From assembly GCF_000485595.1 (NCBI RefSeq), contig NW_014577087.1:482303-546302 (forward strand): a stretch of 64,000 bases of DNA, in the 5' to 3' direction. The notes beneath the pieces are model-generated. The model was not told the DNA's origin and searched no databases. It saw nothing but the letters and a program-made list of their open reading frames with translations. Below are positions 43,867 to 56,026 of the stretch, piece by piece. How positions within the stretch are numbered: the first letter of the stretch is position 1; each line of letters begins with the position of its first letter. Position numbers and translations under genes: made by a program. This stretch comes from Priapulus caudatus (Eukaryota).

Positions 43867-46800
43867 CAGCACACACACACACACACCCATACACAACAAC
43901 ACACACATCACACCACACACACATCACACACCACACGACACACACACACAACACACACACACACACACACCACACACACACACACACACCACACTCACCA
44001 CCAGCCACACACACACACACACACACACACACATGCACGTGTCTGAAGAACTGCGAGAGAGAGAGAGAGACAGAAACGCATGCACGCGCATACATATACC
44101 TATATCATAGACAAATAAATTATGTCACAGACGAGAACCGGTGTTTTCACGAATACGGATGCATCCGGTAGCAATCTCTGGGACTATTCCGATTTTACAT
44201 ACTTACACACATCGATATTTTGGCCGATACTATACATTTCACACGGCATGGTATTTCACAGTCTTGAAAAACTTACCCAAAAAAACCGAACCTGTGTGCG
44301 AACTAACTTCATGAAAAATTACTTACTTTGGTTGTATATATTATACACATTCACACGCACACACACATATGCACGCACACGCACACTTTCAGTCTTATAT
44401 AGCAAAGTCCGATGACCGCAAGAACGCTATACGTACACTCGTGTGATATTCATGATTAATGTGTGATAAACCTTCCCGATACTCACTGACGAACACTAAC
44501 TCGGCGTAACTTTCTCGGCAGATATCAACGAGTGTGAGCTCTACCGGGATATATGCGGTAGCGGTTGCGTGAACATGGTCGGCTCATACATGTGCACGTG
44601 TAGCCGCGGATATGTGCTGCGAAACGAAGTCTGCGTCGGTGTGTATATACCTTATCGTGTCATCGTAAATTATATTTTACTCACATTATAACTTTAATCT
44701 TGCGGTGAAGTTTAATGGAGAGAAGCATGTGATGGATTGAAGTGGATATGGAGAGCGAGCGAGCGAGAGAAAGAGAGAGATTGGGGCGGGGGTGAGATCG
44801 AAAGGAAGAGCTGAGAACAGAGACTGTGTAAGAATTCCGCGTTAAAATTCTGTCAATTAAATGTATTTTGTAGAATTAATTGCTTTGTCTATCTAATCGT
44901 GATCATTATATGCAGATGAGAACGAATGCGCTCGCCATGACAGAGGTGGCTGTGAGCAAAACTGCACCAACACAGACGGCAGTTTCTTCTGCTCATGCAG
45001 ACCAGGGTATACCCTAGGACCCAACGGTCGAACGTGCATAGGTATTACACCTTTCATCAGCTATACGCATGCTTAATAATTATGTACATGTTAAAACATC
45101 ACCTGCAGATATATAATATGTAATGTCTGGATAGCCTTGTAGATAGACTTGTAGATATATTGATGCGTGTTAGTTAGATAGAACAGCATAGTGCAACGGT
45201 GTTCAAACGCAAAAATTTTGAAAATAGTATTTCGGATCGTGCACTTCATCACAATGAGATTGAACGTTTTGATTAAAACTATAGCCTCGTTCACACGGAG
45301 CAATTTGTCCCCGGGTCGAAAACGATCCGGGCTAAACTTGTCCCGGGCCAAGCGTTCACACGGACGTTTTCTCGGTACAAAGGTGATCCGTGCCATTTTG
45401 TCCCGGATCGTTTTTGTACCAACTACAGAGTGGGTACGAAAACGATCCGGGACGAACTTGACCAGATCGCTGGTTCATTTTTGCCGTGTGAACGTGCACT
45501 GACACACGTCACAGGACAAAATTAGTACGGTGGTAGATGTCGTCAGTGTCGACTTCCGCTTTACTTCGCCGCATTTCTCAGTTTCTACACGCGCGTTTTT
45601 CAGTATTTTCATTGAGTTAAAAGATACGTCAAAAGGCAAAAAAAAGTAACAGAATGGGTTGATTGACTGTGGTCTCACGAGGACAACGTCGCTCTTCTCG
45701 ATATTTGAAAATCGGGTTTTATACAGGCGCAGTTAACAGGAACTTCGGGAAATCGTCTAGCCTACCAAGAAATTGTTGAAAAACTGACTGAGCGGGGGAT
45801 AGTTAAAATTAACTGTATAACAAGTTGTAATCGGCTCAAACGGAAGGTGGTAGACAACAACAACAGATCGGGAAGGGCACGAACATCGTGCAGTTATTTC
45901 AAGGAATTTGACGAAGTGTTGCGAAGGCGTCTAGCGGTGAGCCACATTCGCTTACCAAGGCATGTCCTGTAGAACTGATCGATCAAACGTCGTGTGAACG
46001 CTCTCGTCAAAATCAACCCGTGTCATTTTTTATCCGGGTCAGTCTCGGATCGTTTTCGACCCGGGACAATTGCTCCGTGTGAACACGCCTTATGTTTCAT
46101 GTCTTGAAGATTCTTGTATCTGTGACACACGCATTCACGTTGTTCACTGTGTAGGCAATTAAAGTAGTTCTGAGTATCGTGTGCATAATGTTATACGTTC
46201 GCTAGGACTTTACGTTGGTATACTATCTGTACTGTGATATCTGTTGAAATCTTTGTGGGTTCGGTGGCTGGTATATATAGTATAAACTTTGCTCCTGTCC
46301 GGAATAACCGAATTAAATGAATTTCTGGTCACCTATAATGCGCGTACTTACTAGAAGAAGTTCGTCAGTGATTTTCTCTCTGTGTGTCTCGTTGCATGGG
46401 TTTGTGCTGCATGGTGTTGTTATCTTTGCTTCCTCGCAGACGATGATGAGTGTAGCATGGGATTGCATTGGTGTGAGCATGCATGTCTAAACATTGGTGG
46501 CGGCTACATCTGTAGCTGTCCGGAGGGCTACAATCTGCATCCCAACCTTCATAACTGTGTTCTCATAGGTTAGTGTCGCTCGTGTGCGATAACGTACTGG
46601 CTTCGATGAGATAGCGTGCGAGTGCACGGCGCATTTCAAGGCCAGCCGCCCATCGTCCTAATTACATCTTAGCAGCGCTCGTAATAGAGATTTACGATAT
46701 TTGTGATACGATGTGTTAACCTAATCAAACAACGGCTGAATTTGAATGAAGTTGGCTACCTAGTCGTGTACTTTACGCGCTAAACTAGATATATGCAAAG

Positions 46801-49800
46801 CATGAGTAATTTAAACTGGTTTCTAAAGCACTCTGGTCTCGGTTAGTCCGTACGTGCATAATAACACGTTTATGCACGAGTTTACACCCATGAATCTGTG
46901 TGATTACGAGAAACGATACAATACCCCGCATTGTAGTTCTGGAGGTGGTTGTACCCTTTCCCCACGAGATCACCATAGAGCTGGATCGCTGCGACCCGCC
47001 GTGTGAGCACGGAGGCACCTGCTCGCAGCGCAAGTGTACCTGCCCACCTGGAGTTACAGGTGCATCGTGCGGTAAAGGTGAGTGAGCGTAGCGTGAGAGA
47101 GGGTATAACCCTCTCGAACAAGTTCTCGGAAGATGGGCGTACGAGGCAAAGAGTACACGAGTTATAAGATGTGGTTTATATAGTAAAAAATTTCGATATT
47201 ATTTAATGCACCATGAAACAAATCTGACTCAAGCGATGACCGGCTCTCATCGTATCAATAAAGTGTTGATTCGCTTTTCGAACGGAATTTGGGGTAGACG
47301 TAAACGCAATCGCTTTACGTAAGCATGTAGCAAAACGTCTATATGTTATTCTCCCTAAAGAGCGAATTATGTGTAGGCCCTTAAACATTCAGTGCTGTAT
47401 CGGTAAACGAAATAACACGTGAATAATGTGAAGTAAAACGTAACGTAACTTTACCGAAAGAGTTCATCTGGACTCCCTGTGACACGCACAGTCTTTCGTG
47501 CACTATAGTTAATATGAGGGTAACGATTCATTAAACAATGGATTAATTGTAATAGTATTTGGCCAGATATCAATGTGCCAATAGCAAAGTGAAACATTGA
47601 TAATTATCGCCGATAGTTAAGTGAATAATTGACAATTTTCGATAGTTGTATATCATTAAAACATCAGTTGGTTAGTTTACCACTAAGTATATGTTTTCGC
47701 TCCTAAACACGCCTGAATGTTTACAGATATTGACGAGTGCGAGGAGAATACGGACGCGTGCGACCAACTCTGTCAGAATACATTTGGTTCTTATTCTTGC
47801 TTCTGCAAGCCCGGATACACTATAGCCGACAAAACTTCGCTCTGCACGAAGAACACATGCTACCCGCCGTGCAAGAATGGCGGCGAATGTATCGAGGTGC
47901 GAACCACACGAATCCTCCCGTGAAAACCACGAATACACCTGTAAACCCCACGAACGCACATGTTGGCGCCATGAACTAACATGCGAACACCGTAAAATTA
48001 ACTCACATGAGGATACGATGAACTCACGTGTGAACACCAAGAGCTCACCTGTACTCTCCAGGAACTAACATGTGAACACCATGAACTAACTTGAGAACAC
48101 TATGAACCCACGTGTGAACATCATGAACTAACCTGTGAACCCCATGAACATATCTATTAGCCCCACTAAGTTTAAATACACATGCCCCCTTAACATGCCC
48201 AAGATACGCGTGAACCTATTCAATTCACATGCGAACCGAACATGCAACATAATGTTCGGATAGTTCATTCACCCATATAAGGTTCAAAACGAAACTGACC
48301 GCATCTGGCCATATTGTCACGGACGCTTCAAAAACATCATAATAATGTCATAAAAGCAACGAGCGCAATAAACGTTTTACGTGATCATTCATCAGGAGAC
48401 TTGCCGCTGCTTGCCTGGATACCTGGGCCGATCGTGTGAGCTGGACTACGATGAGTGCCGACTGTGGAGACCATGCAGCCACTACTGCACGAACGTACCG
48501 GGCGGCTACCGCTGTGACTGCCCCGACGGCCTCTCGCTCGGCAGCGACGGCCACATCTGTGTGGGTAGGTGTCACGCTGCCGTGGTAATTGTAATATTAT
48601 ATTGTATTGCATTATATTATATATATCCCTGCCACGCATTCCTAGGTTATATGGGTTGGACGAATGCGTGTAACGTAAGGTGAAATGCTTCCTGATGTTT
48701 CGTAGGCCCGGGAGATTGCGACCCACCATGCTTTGGAGGCATGTGCATCAACAGCACATGTGTCTGCCCGTACGGCGTCAGTGGCGTCACCTGTACGACA
48801 GGTGAGACAATTATATTGTGTTTTAATTGCCATTATGTTTCGGCATTGTATTATATTTGCTAGTTTTATTATTATTATTTAAGTATAATATTTTAATTGA
48901 AACGGGACCTTGCTAATATGTTTCAATTGTCAGTGTGCGTGTTGATATTGTGTTTTGCGTGGCTATTATTATTATTATTATTATTATTTCCAAAGTGGCA
49001 TTAGCCGGTGGCTTCTGGGTTGGCCGTGTCCCAATCTGGGACATAGGGATTCAATTCANNNNNNNNNNNNNNNNNNNNNNNNNNNNNNNNNNNNNNNNNN
49101 NNNNNNNNNNNNNNNNNNNNNNNNNNNNNNNNNNNNNNNNNNNNNNNNNNNNNNNNNNNNNNNNNNNNNNNNNNNNNNNNNNNNNNNNNNNNNNNNNNNN
49201 NNNNNNNNNNNNNNNNNNNNNNNNNNNNNNNNNNNNNNNNNNNNNNNNNNNNNNNNNNNNNNNNNNNNNNNNNNNNNNNNNNNNNNNNNNNNNNNNNNNN
49301 NNNNNNNNNNNNNNNNNNNNNNNNNNNNNNNNNNNNNNNNNNNNNNNNNNNNNNNNNNNNNNNNNNNNNNNNNNNNNNNNNNNNNNNNNNNNNNNNNNNN
49401 NNNNNNNNNNNNNNNNNNNNNNNNNNNNNNNNNNNNNNNNNNNNNNNNNNNNNNNNNNNNNNNNNNNNNNNNNNNNNNNNNNNNNNNNNNNNNNNNNNNN
49501 NNNNNNNNNNNNNNNNNNNNNNNNNNNNNNNNNNNNNNNNNNNNNNNNNNNNNNNNNNNNNNNNNNNNNNNNNNNNNNNNNNNNNNNNNNNNNNNNNNNN
49601 NNNNNNNNNNNNNNNNNNNNNNNNNNNNNNNNNNNNNNNNNNNNNNNNNNNNNNNNNNNNNNNNNNNNNNNNNNNNNNNNNNNNNNNNNNNNNNGTTGGC
49701 TGTGCGTTGGCTGTGCGTTGGCTGTGCGCTGGCTGTGCGTTGAATGCGCGGTGCTGCACAGCGTGTTGCTAGCGCACGGAACGAATGGTCCGCGCATTAC

Positions 49801-52800
49801 AGAGCGTATACAGAGCGCACATGTTAAAAAATCCAACGAATGCGCCCTGTATGCGCGCAGCGCGCTAGCAACACGCTGTGCATTCGTTGTCAACTCGCTA
49901 GCTTCTCCCAAATCCTGACAAAAGTTGGGCGCACAACGACGCACTGATCTATTTTCCATTTTTTGATTAATTTTCAGTGCGCGGGCCGTGCGTCGTGTAT
50001 GTGTGACTGGGGCATTAATTAAACTCGCGAAGCATACGGAGTCGCGTTGTCAGAAAATATCGTGAGTAGCGATAACATAATGCATTTAAAATGTCGTAGG
50101 TTTCCCAGCAATGTGTCGTGCAAATGTTGCGAAAGTTTTGACACATGGTGGTCATGACTATTTGCGATGTTTCAGACAGCTGGTCCCATGTCGGGTATGA
50201 TTTTTACCCTTTCCGAAGTGCTGATTGCTCACTCTACTAATTGGCAATCTATTACGATTAATATTTCAGAGCACCGACCGACAGCTCCTGCGAATGTCAC
50301 ACTGTATCCAGCGCAGAACTCGATATACATCAACTGGACAATGTTGATCAAGGAATCAAATGCTCCGGAATACTTCACCCTCTGGTGTGTGTTAATAATA
50401 CTAACACTGCCGGTATTTCTAGCATTGCATGATAGCTGAGTGTAACCCATCTTTATATGTTTTATCAATCAAAACAGGATCGATTTAAATAAGTGTTACG
50501 TAGATTTGAGGGGTTTAATCATATTAGCCATTTGATGTACATCTTCTCAAATGCCTGATGGCTAATCTCTAAGCCCTAATCCTAACCTACTAATTGCCAA
50601 CTTCTTGATTTGCGCCGATGCTTTCTTCTTCGGTTCTCTTGATAACTCGAGTCGAACTCGACTGAACTAAGATCAAAATGCGTTCACGTTATTTTCGCGT
50701 CAGGTTTAGACCGAGCCATCGGAAGCGCTTCTCCACCACGAGGATAACGTCGCCCACTGCCGTCGCCTACACACTCGACAACCTACAGCCGGACACGAAA
50801 TACGTCATGTTTCTCGTCGCTCACAACGTCATCGGAAGCTCGTCGTTCAGCGACCTCAAATCCGAATACACGCTCCCCGAACTCGTCGAAGCTAACATGA
50901 CCTTCGCCGAACCGGAACCGATATTAAGTTGCCGAATCGGTGCTGACACGGCATCCTGTCACCCGGAGACGGTGGCGCCGACTAGCGTGCGCGCGATTGC
51001 GACGTCGACGGTAGCGCCGCCGCAGCTGCGGCGCAACGCCTCCGTGGAGTACGCGGAACCGCACTTCAACGACACGAACTTCGAGAAGTTCATACTGAAG
51101 ATTCTCAACGAGATCTTCCCGAAGTGGCTCGACTACGAGCAGCGACGCGTCAACGACGTCGAACCGACTACGTCGATGCAGGAGCACGTCGAGATGCTTG
51201 CTTCGGGAGTGTTTCTCGTACCGGAGTACTCGCGCGACAGAGGCGGCGACGCGCACGCGCGCGACAAGCCGACGACGTTGGGAACACGGAGCGCCGCGAG
51301 CGACGCCTCGGCGCGTAGCACTCAGCGAGATGGAGGAGAAGAAGCCGCTACCGCCGCGACGCTGCGACGCGGGGAGGCGCCGAATGACGTCGAGCCGTCT
51401 GCGACGCGGCAGCCGCGCACCGACGCGCCGACAGACAACCTCAATCGGAACGACGACGACGACGATGATGATGGCGATGACGATGACGATGACAATGGGG
51501 ATGAAAGGGGAGAAGATGACGATGAGGTGGAGGTGGCGCGTGACCGCTACATGGCCGCCAGGGTCAGCGAGCCGTTCGCGTACGACGTATCGGACATGCT
51601 CACGGACTCACTCGACTTCATCGACGAGTTTCATAGCGATCCGATCGCTACGCCGGAACTGCCGCGGCAAGGTCAGCGATCGGGGTCACGGTCACGTCAC
51701 AGGTCGCGCGTTGCCGACGTTAAGGCTTCCGCTAGGCAGGATCAACAGATGACTTTTCCAGCAGGACGCCGAAAGGACCGCTATGAACGCCATCAAGGTA
51801 CCAGTTTTGTAGCTTGCTGGGTGAGTGTGTATGATGGGCTGTAGATGGCGGGAGGTAGGCGGAAAAGGTGCTTAACAGCGACTACGGTGAACTGCACACG
51901 ACCAACTGCCCAGATCGCAAACCGTGCGTGGCTTTACCCTCCAGCCAAAATGAGATAGCAGTACCCTGATATGAGTATAAACGTTTACCATCATACACCG
52001 AAGATTATCATAATCTATCTATATATATATTATACTCATATATACACTATGCTAGGGAGCCAATGCGTTTCACCTTTTTCGTAAACTCCGACTCCTGAGT
52101 ATGACCTCTTCTTTTCAAATATCAAAAACTAACAAAGTCCGATTTCTTCTAGCAAATAATATAGGCATGCGCGCAAACACCATTCACGATATAACCTATC
52201 GCACGTTTTAAGAATGTTTGAAAGATTTTTCGCTTTACAATTAATAAAAAAGAACCATTGGGAACGACAAATGTTCTCAATACAGGTGTAGGATTTCAAC
52301 TAAATTTATTAATATAATTTATTTAACACCATGTACTACTTCTAATGCGCGACATTAGCACGGAAAAACGACAATCAAAAATAGGCATACCAACGACATT
52401 ACAGAAAATCGGGATATGAAGAAGATTGGGGGTTCTCTTATTATAATAAGGAAGCCATGCACCTAACAATGCTGACAACAAAATGACATATGATTTAGCA
52501 GATAGTACGCATCCACCCAGACGCGTCTGACTTGATAATCTATTGCATGCACGTTTCTAAAGGTTTGAAAGATTTTCCGATTCATAATTAATGAAGTGGC
52601 CCATTGCGTACAACATTGTCATATCTAACTACTCTTGGGTATATGCTCATGACAGATGTATAATCTCAACAAAAGTATTAAGTAGTGCCGTAGCAACCGT
52701 GGACGGGGGCTGGCGTGGCAGTTGTTCAACAGGAGCAGCCTGTTTTCAGAAACAAAATTAGTCTGAACTCGTAGAGCGTTGACAAAACTTTATTTCGTAA

Positions 52801-53911
52801 AGTTATGAGGGAATTTGCCAGGATCTTTCCTTCTCGCAACGTTACGATATTTTTGTCAATGGTCTACAAGAAAAATTTAATGTTACGACCAATTTTAAGA
52901 CAAAATTCGTTTCTAACCACGCGCCCCATGCCTTGGCAGCGGTAACGGCGAAATGCCCACGGTCACTGCCAAGGCAACCCGCGTGCAAGGTTTGCCCCTC
53001 CAGGCAAAATGAGTTAGCTGCGGTCCTGGTATACATGGAAAATGATACTAATAAATGCAGTGTGATGACGGCTCAGAGCAGGCTACGATGCCGGTTTTAC
53101 TTACAAGGTTGGTATATCTAAAACATGTTAAAAATTAAGCGTTCAAATATGGATTTGTCGTAGGCTATAGTTGGCAGTGTGTCTGTCTATTGCAGATTGC
53201 GACTATAATGGATTAGAGTACAGCCATGGTACGGTGTTCACACCTATCGAGGATCCATGCTCCATCTGTGCCTGCATGGTAATATGTCATTGTAGATGCC
53301 AATTACTGTAACCGGGTGCAATTACTGTGACAACTATATATATATATATATATATATTCACTTACAGCTATTGCTACTATACTGTCCGGTAGCCTTTTCT
53401 GCCATGTTAACTTGATTCTGTGGTTGTTGTTGATATTATTATTATTGTTATTATTGATGTTTCTGCTGCTGCTGGTGCTGCTACCTGCTATTGTTGTTGA
53501 CGTGGTTAGTGTCATTACTGCTGTACAGCTGTATAATCAATGATGTTATGTTAACGGGGACGTGTCTATTCCTCAGGATGGCGACGTCAGGTGTAAATTA
53601 GCAACGTGTCCCGCACTGGACTGCCAGGACAGTGAGCCATACCAACCTGCCGCCCTCTGCTGCCCGATCTGCGGACCAAGGCTGAAGCCACATTGCCGGG
53701 ACGAAGTTGGCCAGATGCACGCTGTGGGTGGCAGCTGGACTAGAGGACCGCCAACATGTCAAATATGCACCTGCTTGGTAGGTTACACCGCGTATACGAA
53801 TGTGGTGCCCACTCGCGCTTGATTAATTTCATAATAAATCTGTGCGCGCACGTGTATGCCTGCAATTGTCAGAGATACAGCTAGAGAGAGAGGTGGGGGA
53901 GGGAGGGAGAT

Positions 53912-53958
<47 letters not shown>

Positions 53959-55693
53959 GAGAGCGAGAGAGCGCTAGAGCGACCGAGCTGATGAGCGATA
54001 ACGAGAGGGAGAGTGAGAGGGAGATATTTAGTAGCAGTTCTAAAAGGGAGTGTTGTTTGTATTGCAGCAAAAAGATGCCGAGCCACTGTGTAGCAATATA
54101 GTGTGCGACAGTCTGTGTAGCTACCCAGCTCCGAAGAAAGGTCAATGTTGTCCCATCTGTGAAGGATGCACTTACAACAATGTCACATACCGCGACGATG
54201 AGGTTTTTCCAGATCCAAACAACGAGTGTAATGAATGCAGATGTCTGGTACGCATCTTTGCGCACGCGCCGTTTTTCAGAATTTAACATTAACTGGAATT
54301 ATATTGCGTGTCAATCGCTGACGTTATAAATGACTGTTACCGAAACAAATATAACGTCATAGTCAATTTATCAGCGATTCAGGTTAGAGGGAAACATGAA
54401 ACAAGAAATAAGCTGATAACTATTAGTGATTTATGTTAATTCATTTAGGGAGGAAACATTCACTGTAGGAAGAAGGAATGTGTTACACCCTGCGTCAGTA
54501 ATTACATACCACCTGGCCAGTGCTGCCCTCTATGTTCTGGTGAGTGTTCGGAAATTGCGTATGTGATATTCGAGAATGATAGGTTGCAATAATCCGCGTG
54601 ATAACGCGAATAAGCAATAAGTGATAACGAAAAAAATATTTGGGGGATTAACTCAAAATTACTATATATTATGCTATTCATTAATTGCTATGCAGGAAAC
54701 AGTCCTTTCATACCGTCTCAGATTAGTACATCGCTAGCAAACCCAGGCTGACTAGAACTGCTCTGTAATGAGATGTACAGCTTCAAGAAGAGAAGACAAA
54801 AAGAGTAGAGGGAAAATGAGAATTACCCCCTCACGGTGACATTGACTCGGCACGGTGACATTGACCCGTCACGGTGACATTGACCCATCACGGTGGCATT
54901 GACTCGTCACGGTGACATTGACCCATCACGGTGGCATTGACTCGTCACGGTGACATTGACCCATCACGGTGGCATTACCCCGTCACGGTGACACTACCCC
55001 GTCACGGTTGCAATACTCCCTCATGGTAACAGTACCGCCTCATCATGGCATTTCTTCTTCACGGTGACATTCTGCGTCGCAGGAATACTGAACGTGAGGA
55101 AGCGTCTGCGTAACGTCGCCGTGATGGCGGGAAACCGGGTGACGCTCAAGTGCGGCATCACGGGCAAGCCGCGGCCGCGCATCTACTGGATGAAGGACGG
55201 TACCCTGGTCGAGCCGCGCGGACGCCGTCTCAAGCTGCGCACGAACCGACGCGCCAGCACACTGCGGCTCAGGGTATGGTCCGCAGGGCAGTTGATCCGG
55301 TTCACAGCGGTTGAACTTCGGTTCGAAGCCCAAGAGAAACGAATAACGAAAGTGCCGAGTAGTAGTATCGACGAATAATCGCCGACTACTTGTCGAAGTA
55401 TTAGTAATATGGTGTGTTTTGTTATTAGCCAATATATCTAGATTGTCACGCGTTAGAAGCGCTACAAAGGTACCGCAATCATGCGGAAGCAACGCGCAAA
55501 TGATTGAATCGAGTGATATAGATCTCTCTCTCTCTCTCTCTCTCTCGCTCTCTCTCTATTATTATCTATCTGTCTATGCGTAATCTATCTAGTTTATCTA
55601 TCTATCTATGCTATCTATCTATCTAGCTATCTATCTAGCTATTGTATCTATCTATCTATCTATCTATCTATCTTATGTATCTATCTATCTATA

Positions 55694-55732
<39 letters not shown>

Positions 55733-55854
55733 GCTATCCTATCGATCTATCTATCTAATCTATCTATATATGCTTACGTTCTCTCTCTCTCTTTCTCTCT
55801 CTTCTCTCTCTCTCTCTCTCTCTCGGCTCTCTGCTCTCTATATCTCTCTCTCTC

Positions 55855-55906
<52 letters not shown>

Positions 55907-55979
55907 ACACACACACAGACAGACAGACAGACACACACACACACACAACACACACACACACACCACACACATACACGAC

Positions 55980-56026
<47 letters not shown>

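Noticed and set aside
39942..48801. Calling the gene fibrillin or LTBP
   Set aside because: It shares the N-terminal module and cbEGFs, but no 8-Cys TB/hybrid domains were found, and FN3 and VWC follow instead.
52683..53029. Possible hAT-like MITE with TAGTGCCGTAGC / GCTGCGGTCCTG ends
   Set aside because: Termini are weak and there is no convincing target-site duplication.
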